Virus record (IMG/VR): IMGVR_UViG_3300035419_000202
Location: 1-64,000 of that record
Strand: one strand, 5' to 3'
DNA: 64,000 nucleotides
From: a virus
Lineage: Duplodnaviria; Caudoviricetes
Both the position numbers and the translations under genes were made by a program. Positions 25,180 through 35,789 of the stretch are shown piece after piece (the first letter of the stretch is position 1; each line of letters begins with the position of its first letter). The notes below the pieces were generated by a model, which was given only the letters and a program-made list of their open reading frames with translations, did no database searches and had not been told where the DNA came from.

Positions 25180-25204
25180 CATTTGACTCCTAAGAGTGTA
25201 TAAT
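25176..25204 (+). promoter_or_regulatory. Perfect sigma70-type promoter TTGACA-N17-TATAAT
   Basis: TTGACA 25176-25181, 17-nt spacer, TATAAT 25199-25204, followed by GGAG SD and ATG at 25231. Confidence 0.85.
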
Positions 25205-25230
25205 TACTATTATACCTTTGGAGATGTTGT

Positions 25231-25578
25231 ATGGACGAAAAACTAGCAAAAGCACTTGAAGCAAGCAATCTGCTTGACACAATAAACCAACAAAAAAAGA
25301 TACTACAGCAGCAATATGATGCTGATCTAATTCATTATGAAAACGGGTGTCAATTTACATCCAGCAAAGAACTAATCAGTTTTTGTCAAAGTTTAACATC
25401 TCTCGAACAAGATCAAATTGTTCTTATAGATGACAATGGACTTCCGTCTTTAATAAAAGACTTATCTGCATTTACAAAAAACTTAGTAAACACATATGCA
25501 ACAGCATCCAACAAATACTTTAATGAATACAACAAATTAAAAAAACAACGTTCTGTTGAAGGTATTTTTAATGACTAA
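25231..25578 (+). CDS. Hypothetical protein, 115 aa (first gene of the enzyme island)
   Basis: GGAG SD, downstream of the consensus promoter, overlaps next gene by 8 nt. Confidence 0.75.
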   Translation: MDEKLAKALEASNLLDTINQQKKILQQQYDADLIHYENGCQFTSSKELISFCQSLTSLEQDQIVLIDDNGLPSLIKDLSAFTKNLVNTYATASNKYFNEYNKLKKQRSVEGIFND

Positions 25579-26401
25579 AGGTATTCTTGTTTTTGCACAC
25601 AACAATGCTGAAATTGATTATGTAAAACAAGCGGCATTTCTTGCCGGTAGAGCAAAACAATATCTTAACTTACCAGTTAGTATTGTAACTGACGAACAAA
25701 GCATAGGTGATAGATATAAAGATTGGTTTGATAAAATTATTATCAATGATATATCTCAGTCGTCAACTAAAAAACAATATTACAATGGTGCAAAAACTCA
25801 CAGTGTTTTAGAATTTAAAAATGATAATCGTTGCCTAGCATATGATCTTAGTCCGTATGACGAAACAATAATGTTAGATAGTGATTATGTTATAGCAGAT
25901 GATATATTTAAAAACTGTTTTGATAGTGCATATGATTTTTTACTCTACAAAGATGCTATAGATATTTGTAGTCACAGAGAAACAAAAGAATTTACACATA
26001 TTAGCGAAACAAGTGTGGACTTTTATTGGGCAACGTGTGTGTTTTTTAGAAAAACAAAATTAAACAAATGCTTCTTTGAATTAATACAGCATATACAAGA
26101 ATATTATCAGCACTATAGAAGTGTTTACAATATACAGTCAACAACATATCGTAATGATTTTGCATTCAGTATTGCAATTCATATAATGAATGGATTTAAA
26201 AAAGGGGACTTTGCAAAAAGAATGCCTGGTAAGTTATTTTATACAGCAGATAGAGATATATTACACTCCATAGACGGAGATAAGTTTATCTTTCTCTTAC
26301 AACGTACAGGCTCACTAGACAATTTTAACCCTTGTAAGTTTCAAGGCAACAGTGTGCATGTAATGAATAAGTACACGTTGGAGGATAATTTAAGTGCCTA
26401 A
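25571..26401 (+). CDS. GT-A fold glycosyltransferase (GT8/GT71-like)
   Basis: DxD motif in SPYDETIMLDSDY; likely start ATG 25571 (GAAGG upstream, ATGACTAA overlap); paralog of next gene. Confidence 0.7.
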   Translation: MTKGILVFAHNNAEIDYVKQAAFLAGRAKQYLNLPVSIVTDEQSIGDRYKDWFDKIIINDISQSSTKKQYYNGAKTHSVLEFKNDNRCLAYDLSPYDETIMLDSDYVIADDIFKNCFDSAYDFLLYKDAIDICSHRETKEFTHISETSVDFYWATCVFFRKTKLNKCFFELIQHIQEYYQHYRSVYNIQSTTYRNDFAFSIAIHIMNGFKKGDFAKRMPGKLFYTADRDILHSIDGDKFIFLLQRTGSLDNFNPCKFQGNSVHVMNKYTLEDNLSA

Positions 26402-27230
26402 TTTTATACTAGTTGCTCAGAACACTCTAGAAGTAGATTATGTAAAACAAGCGTGTGCCCTTGCAATGAGCATACATGCAACTACACCTAATAGCAAAAT
26501 TAGCATACTTACTGATGACGATGTACCTGTAAAGTACAAAAAATTGTTTGATAATATAATTGAAATACCATGGGGTGATCTAGCAAACAAATATGATTGG
26601 AAAATACACAATAGATGGAAGACATATTTTGTTTCACCATACGAAGACGCAATAGTGTTAGACACAGATATGCTTGTACTTGAAGATATTACATCTTGGT
26701 ATGAATATCTACAACAGCATGATGTGTTTTTAACGTCTACTGTTTATGATTACAGAGGCAATAAAATTACAGATACCTTTTATAGGAAAAATTTTGTAAA
26801 GCATAATTTGCCTAACACATATATGGGACTACATTACTTTAAGAAAAGTGATTTTGCACTAGAATTTTATACATGGTTAGATACTATTACAAACAATTGG
26901 AAAGAATTTTATAAACTAGGCGGCGAAAAACCAATACAAAACTTTGCAAGCATGGATCTTACAGCGGCGATGACTGTAGATATACTTGATTGCAAATCAA
27001 AAGTTACTAACGAAAAAGTAACTGTGCCTAGTTTTACTCATATGAAAGCCAACATACAGGGTTGGGAAGAGCTTAGAGAGAGTTGGCAGACTAAAGTTGG
27101 TACTTACTTTACTGACGAAGGTGAGTTGTATATTGGACAATATAAACAAAGCGGAATATTTCATTACACAGAAGATGATTTTTTAACTGATGATATCATT
27201 CAAGTGTTAGAAAAAAGGATAGACTTATGA
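26394..27230 (+). CDS. GT-A fold glycosyltransferase (GT8/GT71-like)
   Basis: SPYEDAIVLDTDML DxD motif; DYVKQA motif shared with upstream paralog; GTG start, GGAGG upstream. Confidence 0.7.
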   Translation: MPNFILVAQNTLEVDYVKQACALAMSIHATTPNSKISILTDDDVPVKYKKLFDNIIEIPWGDLANKYDWKIHNRWKTYFVSPYEDAIVLDTDMLVLEDITSWYEYLQQHDVFLTSTVYDYRGNKITDTFYRKNFVKHNLPNTYMGLHYFKKSDFALEFYTWLDTITNNWKEFYKLGGEKPIQNFASMDLTAAMTVDILDCKSKVTNEKVTVPSFTHMKANIQGWEELRESWQTKVGTYFTDEGELYIGQYKQSGIFHYTEDDFLTDDIIQVLEKRIDL

Positions 27231-27802
27231 TTGTTTTAGAAACACCTACATTTGAGATAATATACAAAGTATATTTTGATAAACAAACAGGCAATATTAA
27301 GTCTATTTCAAATGTAGAACAAGATATAGAAGACTTTTTTGTAGCAGATATCGAAGATGTTCGTCCTTTTTTAAAGGGAATTAAAGATATTACAAAACAT
27401 AAAGTTATGTATGATGTAAAAACATCAGCATATGTAATAGTTGATAAGTTTAAAAAGATAGAGTCAGATGTAAATGACAACGTATACAAAATCTTACCTC
27501 AAGATAATGCACAGGTAATTGTGTCTTATAACAAATCTAAAAATGTTTGGAATGTGTCTTTATCAGACAAAGCAATTAACGAATTATCTTCTAAAAAAGA
27601 GCGTATCGATCAACTGTTAAAGTTTAGTATCACCCAAAAGAATAACCCCAATATTTTGCATGAGTATTTTACCACAACTGTAAAAAAGTTGTTGGATAAT
27701 CCCCAGTCATTTGACAGCCAGAGTCGGTATGATTTTGACAAATTTAGTGTATATACTAATAGGAAGTTCCAAAAGTATTCGTGCGAGGTAGTTAATGAAT
27801 AA
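27227..27802 (+). CDS. Hypothetical protein, 191 aa
   Basis: ATGA overlap upstream, 8-nt overlap downstream; no motif recognised. Confidence 0.7.
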   Translation: MIVLETPTFEIIYKVYFDKQTGNIKSISNVEQDIEDFFVADIEDVRPFLKGIKDITKHKVMYDVKTSAYVIVDKFKKIESDVNDNVYKILPQDNAQVIVSYNKSKNVWNVSLSDKAINELSSKKERIDQLLKFSITQKNNPNILHEYFTTTVKKLLDNPQSFDSQSRYDFDKFSVYTNRKFQKYSCEVVNE

Positions 27803-28685
27803 AATTAAAATCATTGATCAGGATATTATCTTTTTATCCTACGATGAACCCAATGCTGAAAAAAACTATGCCGATTTATGTAACAAGTTGCCTTGGGCAA
27901 AGCGTGTACACGGTGTAGATGGGTCAGATGCTGCACATAAAGCATGTGCAGACCTAAGTGAAACAGAATATTTTGTTACTGTTGATGGCGATAACATAAT
28001 TGACACTGAATTCCTGCAACAAGAAATTGATATTGAAAAATTAGGAGTCACACCTGACCACGTTTTTAGTTGGTGCGGCAATGTTCATGTAAATGGACTA
28101 ATGTACGGTAATGGTGGACTAAAGTTATGGACACGTAAGTTTGTTCATAACATGAAAACACATGAAAACAGCGATGCTAATGATACAGCAGGCTTAGTAG
28201 AATTCTGTTTTGATGAAAAATATTACCAATTCAACGACAACTACAGTACAAGTTACACAAACGCTACTCCGTTTCAAGCATGGAGAGCAGGTTTTCGTGA
28301 AGGTGTTAAAATGAGCCTAAATGAAGGTGCAAAACATGTTGATGTAAAAAACATTTGGTGGCAAAATTTAGACAGATTGCGTATTTGGTGTAGTATTGGT
28401 GCTGATGTAGAAAATGGTAACTGGAGTATGCTTGGTGCAAGGATGGGTTGCTATATGACTATGTGTACAGATTGGGATTATACAAATGTACGTGATTTTA
28501 AATACCTAACTAATTACTGGAAAGATGAAAAAGTTGCTGACTTAGATGTTAGTTCTGAGTTGTTTAGGTACGGCAATCTTATACGGTCAGAACTAAATTT
28601 AGAAATTGCTGACATAGACGCACTAGGAAGTAAATTTTTCAAAAGTGTATATCATAATACTCCAAGGATTATTAAAAAGAGATGA
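27795..28685 (+). CDS. GT-A (GT2-like) glycosyltransferase
   Basis: DIIFLSYDEPNA...YFVTVDGDN...YGNGGLKLW...AWRAGFREG; same motifs as the C-terminal domain of 35810..37489. Confidence 0.7.
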   Translation: MNKIKIIDQDIIFLSYDEPNAEKNYADLCNKLPWAKRVHGVDGSDAAHKACADLSETEYFVTVDGDNIIDTEFLQQEIDIEKLGVTPDHVFSWCGNVHVNGLMYGNGGLKLWTRKFVHNMKTHENSDANDTAGLVEFCFDEKYYQFNDNYSTSYTNATPFQAWRAGFREGVKMSLNEGAKHVDVKNIWWQNLDRLRIWCSIGADVENGNWSMLGARMGCYMTMCTDWDYTNVRDFKYLTNYWKDEKVADLDVSSELFRYGNLIRSELNLEIADIDALGSKFFKSVYHNTPRIIKKR

Positions 28686-30058
28686 ACACTGAATTAATTA
28701 GGATTAAGGAGATAATGCCAGGGCTCGAAAGAGAAACATCGCCTACTTTTTGTTTGGCTAAATGGCATCATGTAACAATCTACTTACAAACTGGTGAAAC
28801 ACATAGTTGTTATCATCCTGCTCCACACAAGATTCCGTTAGAAGGGCTGGAGCAAAATCCTAGTCAACTACATAACACTCCACAAAAAAAGCAAGAAAGA
28901 CTTGCTATGCTTAACGGGCAGAAACCAAGTGGATGTCAATATTGCTGGAACATAGAATGTATGGGCAAAGACTATGTTAGTGACAGACATATAAAAACAA
29001 CTAGCATTTATACTCCTGAACGCATTGAAGAAATAAAAAATAATCCTTGGGATTACGATATAAACCCTGAATATATTGAAGTTAACTTTAGTAATGAATG
29101 TAACTTTAAATGCGGCTATTGTCATCCTAAATTTAGTAGTAGATACTACAGCGAAATAAAACAAAACGGTCCATATAGTAACAGTACAGAACATCGTAAT
29201 GACATTGATTGGTTTGAATTGTATGAAGAAGATACTAACCCTTATGTAGACGCATGGTGGAAATGGTGGCCTGAAGTAAGCAAGACACTAAACATTTTGC
29301 GTGTAACTGGCGGCGAGCCTTTGATGCATAAAAGCACATGGCGCCTGTTTGACGAACTAGAACAAAATCCTAAACCTCATTTAAATATTGAACTTAATAG
29401 TAATATGGGTGTTAAGCCTGCAATGGTATATAGGTTAGTGGAACGTGTAAAAGATCTAAAAGAAAAAGGTTGCATCAATAGTTTTAAATTATACACAAGT
29501 ATCGACACTTGGGGTAAACGTGCAGAATACACACGTACAGGACTAGACGTTGAACTATGGGAACGTAACTTAGATTACTATCTTACAGCAACAGGTTGGC
29601 CTGTAACATTTATGGTTACATTTAACTTATTTGTAGTTACAAGTTTTGATAGTTTGTTAGAAAAAATATTAGAATGGCGTAAAAAGTATAACACAGATGA
29701 AAATGAAACTCAGTGGCAACGTGTAAGATTTGATACACCGTATTTAAAAGAGCCACTACAATTTGATATGAATATTTTACCCAAAGACGAGTTTTTACCT
29801 TACATGGAAAAACATCTTAAATTTATACAAGATAATACTGATGACAAAGACCGAACAAAATTTAGTTCTTTAGAGTATGAAAGATTTAGGCGTGTAATAG
29901 ACTACATGAAAAATACAGAATATGACCAAGATAAAATTATAAACGGTATGCGTAACTTCTATTCGTGGTTTTCAGAATATGACCGAAGAAGAAAAACTAA
30001 TTTAGTAGAAACATTTCCTGAGTTAGAAAAATTTTATAAGGATTGTAGTAATGTCTAA
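28682..30058 (+). CDS. Radical SAM enzyme with N-terminal twitch-like Cys region
   Basis: CNFKCGYC (CxxxCxxC), TGGEP; N-terminal CLAKW...HSCYH...C..CW. Confidence 0.9.
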   Translation: MNTELIRIKEIMPGLERETSPTFCLAKWHHVTIYLQTGETHSCYHPAPHKIPLEGLEQNPSQLHNTPQKKQERLAMLNGQKPSGCQYCWNIECMGKDYVSDRHIKTTSIYTPERIEEIKNNPWDYDINPEYIEVNFSNECNFKCGYCHPKFSSRYYSEIKQNGPYSNSTEHRNDIDWFELYEEDTNPYVDAWWKWWPEVSKTLNILRVTGGEPLMHKSTWRLFDELEQNPKPHLNIELNSNMGVKPAMVYRLVERVKDLKEKGCINSFKLYTSIDTWGKRAEYTRTGLDVELWERNLDYYLTATGWPVTFMVTFNLFVVTSFDSLLEKILEWRKKYNTDENETQWQRVRFDTPYLKEPLQFDMNILPKDEFLPYMEKHLKFIQDNTDDKDRTKFSSLEYERFRRVIDYMKNTEYDQDKIINGMRNFYSWFSEYDRRRKTNLVETFPELEKFYKDCSNV

Positions 30059-31325
30059 AACTTTAAGTTTTGCATACAAATGGTGCGGACCTAAATGGCC
30101 AATAACTAACAATAGAGTGCCTACACTAGCAGACATAAATCATGCTATGAATGAAGGACACATAGATGATGATGTACAAGCGCCAGTAGTGTTTCAGTCA
30201 TTTGAAAACAAAGAAATTATTTCTGCATTTGAGATTCCGCAAGACAAAAAGTATTTTTACGAATTAAATTTTACATCGTATTATTATAGAGATTGGACAA
30301 AACTTTTTAGTACTACTGATGGACCATTTGTTAATAATCCTCCTACTTCTACAGTTAGAGATCAAATACAGAATGGTAATGGATACGTACTTGTTACTAT
30401 TCCATTTGAAGGTTGGGCAACGCCTAAACATTGGGAAGTAATGACACGATTTTTTAATCATTATGAAATACCTTTAGACAAAGTTGTTTATTTTACTAAT
30501 TGTGCTAACGGCCAAGAGTTATATAATAAATGGGCAAATGGCACAGTAGGTCCTAAAATAAATGTAGAGTATTTCCCTACATTTAAAGTACATAGAACAA
30601 ACGTAGAGCAAACACTTCTCAAAGAAGAACCTTATAAAGTGGGACCAAGAGAAAAAGACTTCTTGTGTTTTCAACGTAGATACAGCGATCATAGACTTTC
30701 TTTTTTTATTAAAATGTTTAAAAGAAACTTACTTGATAAATTTTATATGAGTATGGATAGTAAACAACCAGAGTCAGGCCGATCATTTGAAAGTAATGTT
30801 GATTACCTTATAAAACGTTATCCTAATTTAGGTATAGCCCAAGAAGATATTGCACCTAGTAAAAGCAAACTACCGTTAGTACTAGATAATCCAAACTTTA
30901 ACAGTTATCCTATGGAGGCAACTGAAGAGTCGATAGAACATTTTTTCAAAAACAGCCTAATAAATATTATTAGTGAAACTTTTTTCTTTACTGATGAAAT
31001 ACACATTACAGAAAAAACTTATAAGCCTATTGCATATAAACAACCATTTATAATGATGGGTGCAAAAGGAAGTTTACAACACATAAAAAACATGGGATTT
31101 AAAACATTTGACCAGTGGTGGTCAGAAGATTATGATAATATTGCTGATCCTGTAGAACGTATAAACAGGATTTGTGACGTAGTACATATAATATCAGGTT
31201 GGTCTGATCTAGTAAAATTACAGTTTACAAAAGAAGTAGCAGAGATAGTTGAATATAATTTTAATCTTTTAAAAACAATACCTAATACTGAATTAGATTT
31301 AATAACAGAAAAATATGGAAACTAA
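30051..31325 (+). CDS. Putative GT-B glycosyltransferase (GT10/fucosyltransferase-like ITEK motif)
   Basis: IISETFF...ITEKTYKPIAYKQPFI.MG...GFKTFD.WWSEDYD; two paralogs nearby. Confidence 0.6.
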   Translation: MSKTLSFAYKWCGPKWPITNNRVPTLADINHAMNEGHIDDDVQAPVVFQSFENKEIISAFEIPQDKKYFYELNFTSYYYRDWTKLFSTTDGPFVNNPPTSTVRDQIQNGNGYVLVTIPFEGWATPKHWEVMTRFFNHYEIPLDKVVYFTNCANGQELYNKWANGTVGPKINVEYFPTFKVHRTNVEQTLLKEEPYKVGPREKDFLCFQRRYSDHRLSFFIKMFKRNLLDKFYMSMDSKQPESGRSFESNVDYLIKRYPNLGIAQEDIAPSKSKLPLVLDNPNFNSYPMEATEESIEHFFKNSLINIISETFFFTDEIHITEKTYKPIAYKQPFIMMGAKGSLQHIKNMGFKTFDQWWSEDYDNIADPVERINRICDVVHIISGWSDLVKLQFTKEVAEIVEYNFNLLKTIPNTELDLITEKYGN

Positions 31326-32295
31326 AATGAAAAAGAAAATACTAGTATGTGGAGCAGGCGGCTTCATAGGACATCACCTAGTTAATAAACTAGTTGAACA
31401 AGGACATTATGTAATAGGTGCAGATATAAAACAACCTGCTTTTGAACCTACAAAGGCACAAGAATTTTTTCAAGTAGATTTACGTAATCCAGACTTTGTT
31501 GCTGGTTGTGTAAAAACTGACCTAGATGAAGTGTACCAACTTGCGGCAGATATGGGCGGAACAGGATATATTGGCATTGGTGATCATGACAGTGATATTA
31601 TGCATAACAGTGCGTTAATAAATTTAAATGTATTGCATGAAGCAACTAAAAAAGGTATTAAAAAAATACTTTACACAAGTAGTGCATGTGTATATCCTGA
31701 ACGTAATCAGTTAGATCCTGACAATCCTTTTTGCGAAGAAAGTAGTGCGTATCCAGCAGAGCCTGATACAGAATACGGATGGGAAAAATTGTTTAGTGAA
31801 AGACTGTATCTAACACACAAGAAAAACTATGACATTGATGCAAAAGTTGTAAGACTACATAATGTATTTGGTCCACTTGGAAGTTGGGAAGATGGTAAAG
31901 AAAAAGCACCTGCGGCACTATGTCGTAAAGTTGCTGAAAGCGACGGTACTGTAGATATATGGGGACCAGGAAATCAAACTAGAAGTTTCTTGTATATAGA
32001 AGAATGTATTACAGGCTTACAAAAAATTATGGCAAGTAATATTGATCAACCAGTAAACCTTGGTAGCGAAAGAATGATTTCTATCAATGATCTAGCACAA
32101 CTTATAGGTCAAATTGCTGGTAAGAATACTTTAGAAATTAACAATGTAGATGGTCCAATTGGAGTGATGGGTAGAACCAGTCATAACAATCTTATTGAAG
32201 AATTACTTGGCTGGCGACCCGGCGAAGATTTAGAGTATGGACTTAAACATACCTATGCATGGATAAAGGATAAAGTTGATGAGCGTACACAGTAA
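31315..32295 (+). CDS. GDP-mannose 3,5-epimerase-like extended SDR
   Basis: GAGGFIG; LAADMGGTGYI; SSACVYPE; YGWEK (YxxxK); HNVFGP...EKAPAALCRK; QTRSFLYI - all match recalled GME family motifs. Confidence 0.85.
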   Translation: METKMKKKILVCGAGGFIGHHLVNKLVEQGHYVIGADIKQPAFEPTKAQEFFQVDLRNPDFVAGCVKTDLDEVYQLAADMGGTGYIGIGDHDSDIMHNSALINLNVLHEATKKGIKKILYTSSACVYPERNQLDPDNPFCEESSAYPAEPDTEYGWEKLFSERLYLTHKKNYDIDAKVVRLHNVFGPLGSWEDGKEKAPAALCRKVAESDGTVDIWGPGNQTRSFLYIEECITGLQKIMASNIDQPVNLGSERMISINDLAQLIGQIAGKNTLEINNVDGPIGVMGRTSHNNLIEELLGWRPGEDLEYGLKHTYAWIKDKVDERTQ

Positions 32296-33394
32296 AACAG
32301 GTAAGAAATGGTCACATGACTTAGCGTTTAGTGATGTACAAGACCTAAGCACAGTAGACCTTGAAAGTACAGAAGTTGTATACTACCATCATCCTTATGA
32401 TTCATTGATGGAAGGCGTACCTTTGTTAAATGCATTAAATAAACCAAATTGGAATCATATCAAACGTTTTAAAGACGTTCATTTAGTACATGAAAACGAT
32501 AGTGAAACATTTAGTATTGACTTTGCAGAAGATCTAAAAAATACTTTAGTTGAACACAGTTTAGGATTTGACGATATTAAAGTTATTGTTATGGATGAAA
32601 ATCATAAACAATTTTTACAATCATATCTTGCAAAGCATGGCAGAGATTGTAATATTATAGTTGATAACTATTTGCTTAAAGAAGTAACTATACCGGAATC
32701 ACACGATGCAGATATTACACACAAGTTTAGCAGCCTAAGCCGTAATTACAGAGACTGGCGAGCAATACTATATGTAAAACTAATTGACAGTGGTGTGTTA
32801 CAAGAACATTTCAAATACAGTTTTTTTAATATATGGCCATATCAAAATCCTCCAAAAGTTTTTAAAGCAAAACAAATAGTTGAAGATTTAGAAAAAAGAT
32901 TTGTACCAACAAGCAAAGAAGCATACCGTTGGCTCAAACAATGTCCACATGAATTAGATACAAATACCAGTGTATTAAACAAATGGTCAAATGTAACATA
33001 TGATGCAATATTATCAGCAGATTTTCATATTGCTATTGAAACACATTTTGATCAAACCTATTATACAAACAAAAGCGAGTACGATAGGACATTTGCACCC
33101 ACAAGTATCACAGAAAAAACATACAAGGCTGTAGCATGTAAGAAACCATTTATTGCGTTTAGTACACCTCGCATGCTTGTGGACTTCAGGGCATTAGGTT
33201 TTAAAACATTTAATCCGTATATAGACGAATCCTATGATGTAGAAACAGACAACAAAAAACGGATAAATATGATTGTAGACGAAATTACTCGCATTTGCAA
33301 TCTTCCTCCACAAGAGTATGCAGATGTACTAGAAGGTATAAAAGAAATTACCGAGTACAATTTTCGTAAACTTGTAGAGAAACAAAATGCATAA
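32276..33394 (+). CDS. Putative GT-B glycosyltransferase (GT10-like ITEK motif)
   Basis: HIAIETHF...SITEKTYKAVACKKPFI...GFKTFNPYIDESYD. Confidence 0.6.
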   Translation: MMSVHSKTGKKWSHDLAFSDVQDLSTVDLESTEVVYYHHPYDSLMEGVPLLNALNKPNWNHIKRFKDVHLVHENDSETFSIDFAEDLKNTLVEHSLGFDDIKVIVMDENHKQFLQSYLAKHGRDCNIIVDNYLLKEVTIPESHDADITHKFSSLSRNYRDWRAILYVKLIDSGVLQEHFKYSFFNIWPYQNPPKVFKAKQIVEDLEKRFVPTSKEAYRWLKQCPHELDTNTSVLNKWSNVTYDAILSADFHIAIETHFDQTYYTNKSEYDRTFAPTSITEKTYKAVACKKPFIAFSTPRMLVDFRALGFKTFNPYIDESYDVETDNKKRINMIVDEITRICNLPPQEYADVLEGIKEITEYNFRKLVEKQNA

Positions 33395-34067
33395 TGAAAT
33401 TTATCAACACTTTAACAGTTTAGATATTACACCAAAAAAAGTTAGCAGCGATCCTACAGATATCTGGATTGTTGATAATTTTTTGCCTCAGAACATATAC
33501 GAAGCAGTAGTTAAACAGATTACTGATATTCCTGATGCACAATGGAGTACATTTGCAAATGATTCTAGTAGTAGATCAGAATGCAGAAACCCTGTAAATG
33601 CACCACTACTAGAAACATTACAAAACACTTTTAATTCAAGTAAAACTATAAACTGGTTACAAGAACAAATTGGTATTACTGGACTTGTAGCAGATCCACA
33701 TTTACGTGGCGGAGGGCTATGTAAAGTACACAACGGTTACAAATTAGATCTACATACAGATTTTAATTGGAACGACCAAATTAAACTTAATAGAAAAGTT
33801 AATTTAATACTTTACTTAAATGAATGCTGGGATGAATCTTGGGGCGGAGATTTAGAATTCTGGGACAACGAAAAAACAAAATGTATGCATAGGTTAACAC
33901 CTAAGCCTAATCGACTTGCATTTTGGATATACGATACAGATCTTGTACATGGATTTCCTAACCAATTACAAACGCCTGATGATACGTCAAGAGATAATTT
34001 AATATTATTTTATTACACTAGCAATGGCACATGGGAAAAGGAACCAAGAAGATCTCAATTTATGTAG
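33387..34067 (+). CDS. Fe(II)/2-oxoglutarate dioxygenase (prolyl-4-hydroxylase-like, 2OG-FeII_Oxy_3 type)
   Basis: LDLHTDFN (HxD), RKVNLILYLN..W...WGGDLEFW, VHG, R.NLILFYY. Confidence 0.85.
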   Translation: MHNEIYQHFNSLDITPKKVSSDPTDIWIVDNFLPQNIYEAVVKQITDIPDAQWSTFANDSSSRSECRNPVNAPLLETLQNTFNSSKTINWLQEQIGITGLVADPHLRGGGLCKVHNGYKLDLHTDFNWNDQIKLNRKVNLILYLNECWDESWGGDLEFWDNEKTKCMHRLTPKPNRLAFWIYDTDLVHGFPNQLQTPDDTSRDNLILFYYTSNGTWEKEPRRSQFM

Positions 34068-34074
34068 AGGATCT

Positions 34075-34659
34075 ATGGCTAACTTTCATCTTTATGCAGA
34101 ACCATTTATAAAACAATTACCTGACAACCGTTCTATTGTATTAGAGATCGGTAGCGAACGTGGCGAAGGTAGTACAGCATGGTTTGACAGCATTTCAAAA
34201 AAATTAAACAAAGAATTTTATACTGTTGACGTAACAGACTACGCATCTAAAACTCTTAAACATCTTAAAAATACAAAGTTCATTGTAGCAGAAGCAGGCT
34301 CTAGTTGGGCGAAAATTTATCTTGATAAATCGATTAGTGTTTTGTATCTAGATAATTATGACTGGATAAGCACTATGAATAATATACGTCCTGTAGAAAA
34401 AGAACTTATAAGCGAATATAATACTAGAGGTGTTAAAATGACAAACTTTGATTGTCAGCGTGAACACCTAGAACAAATGGTGCGTTGCATGCCTTACATG
34501 GACAAGAAAAGTATTATAATATGCGATGACACACCATTTGACGAAAGCTCAGGAGTATACTTTGGTAAAAATGGACCTGTAATACCCTATGCGGTAATAC
34601 ATGGTTATAAAATAGCATACAGCGACAACAACGGTGTAATACTTACAAGAGGTATATAA
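34075..34659 (+). CDS. Class I SAM-dependent methyltransferase
   Basis: VLEIGSERGEGST motif I, VLYLDNYD, IICDDT; likely start ATG 34075 with GAGG. Confidence 0.7.
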   Translation: MANFHLYAEPFIKQLPDNRSIVLEIGSERGEGSTAWFDSISKKLNKEFYTVDVTDYASKTLKHLKNTKFIVAEAGSSWAKIYLDKSISVLYLDNYDWISTMNNIRPVEKELISEYNTRGVKMTNFDCQREHLEQMVRCMPYMDKKSIIICDDTPFDESSGVYFGKNGPVIPYAVIHGYKIAYSDNNGVILTRGI

Positions 34660-35789
34660 TGAAGTTACAGTTTATGAGACCAGACAGATTAAATTTAGAT
34701 CATGTACCTGAAATAAAAAAAGTACGATCATTCAAACAGTTTATACAGAGATACAAAACACCCGAACTAGGAGTTGGATTTGGCAATCCAAGTACTGAAT
34801 GTATTTTTCCTATCGAAGTTTCTAAACTATCGCATCAATGGACAGGCGATGCATTGGACATTGATTCCTTTAACACACTATTAAATATTCCTATGGAAGT
34901 AATACGTCTTGTACAACAAGGGAAATGTAGAATTGCAATTATTAGTATTGTAGAAGGTGATTCATATATTGGAGAAAATTGGAATTCATTTAAAGCATTG
35001 CATCATGATATGGAACAAAGAAAATTACCAAACGATAGTGTAATAATTGTAAGTGGTAATTTGAGGTTAAATGAAGAATATCAACAATGGTGTAAAAATG
35101 CAAACGTTTATCCTAAGTTAGAAATACAGGGCGGTATAGAATGGGATGCCAAAACAGCGTATAAGGAAGATGATCTTGTAATTGATAGTGTACTACGTAA
35201 TTGGAGTGACCTAGCAAAATTTAACAGTCTTAATAGGACTGATAGGCCGCATAGACGTAGGCACATTGACTGGTTAGAAAGTCAACCAAGGTTTACACAT
35301 GACAACCTAGTATCAGGATATGGATACAAAGTAGATGTAGATAATACTGTTGGCGGTTTAGGTAATGTAACAAATAGAGACATTTACAATGCAAGTCAGC
35401 TCAGTGTTGTTACAGAAACGTTTTTTGAAGAACCTGGATTGTTTATTACTGAAAAAACATTTAGGTCAATTGCTATTGGACATCCTTGTTTAGTATTAGG
35501 ACAACACGGAATACTAGATTACTTTGATAGTATAGGTATTAACTTACGTTTACCAGGTTTAAACACCGACTACGACAGCGTACAAGACCCTACAGTGCGT
35601 TTTAATTTGTTCCACGATACTTTACAGTACTGGGTACATTTAGAGCATACAGAACGCTATAACTTGCTTAAAAGATGGCAACCTATCTTAAAAAAGAACG
35701 CACAAGTGTATAACAGCATTGATTTTAAGCAAGAAATAACTAGAAATATTGTTCGATCTACAGAAAAATATTTCTTGACTAAACCCTAA
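34659..35789 (+). CDS. Putative GT-B glycosyltransferase (GT10-like ITEK motif)
   Basis: SVVTETFFEEPGLFITEKTFRSIAIGHPCLVLG; FNSLNRTDRPHR. Confidence 0.6.
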   Translation: MKLQFMRPDRLNLDHVPEIKKVRSFKQFIQRYKTPELGVGFGNPSTECIFPIEVSKLSHQWTGDALDIDSFNTLLNIPMEVIRLVQQGKCRIAIISIVEGDSYIGENWNSFKALHHDMEQRKLPNDSVIIVSGNLRLNEEYQQWCKNANVYPKLEIQGGIEWDAKTAYKEDDLVIDSVLRNWSDLAKFNSLNRTDRPHRRRHIDWLESQPRFTHDNLVSGYGYKVDVDNTVGGLGNVTNRDIYNASQLSVVTETFFEEPGLFITEKTFRSIAIGHPCLVLGQHGILDYFDSIGINLRLPGLNTDYDSVQDPTVRFNLFHDTLQYWVHLEHTERYNLLKRWQPILKKNAQVYNSIDFKQEITRNIVRSTEKYFLTKP

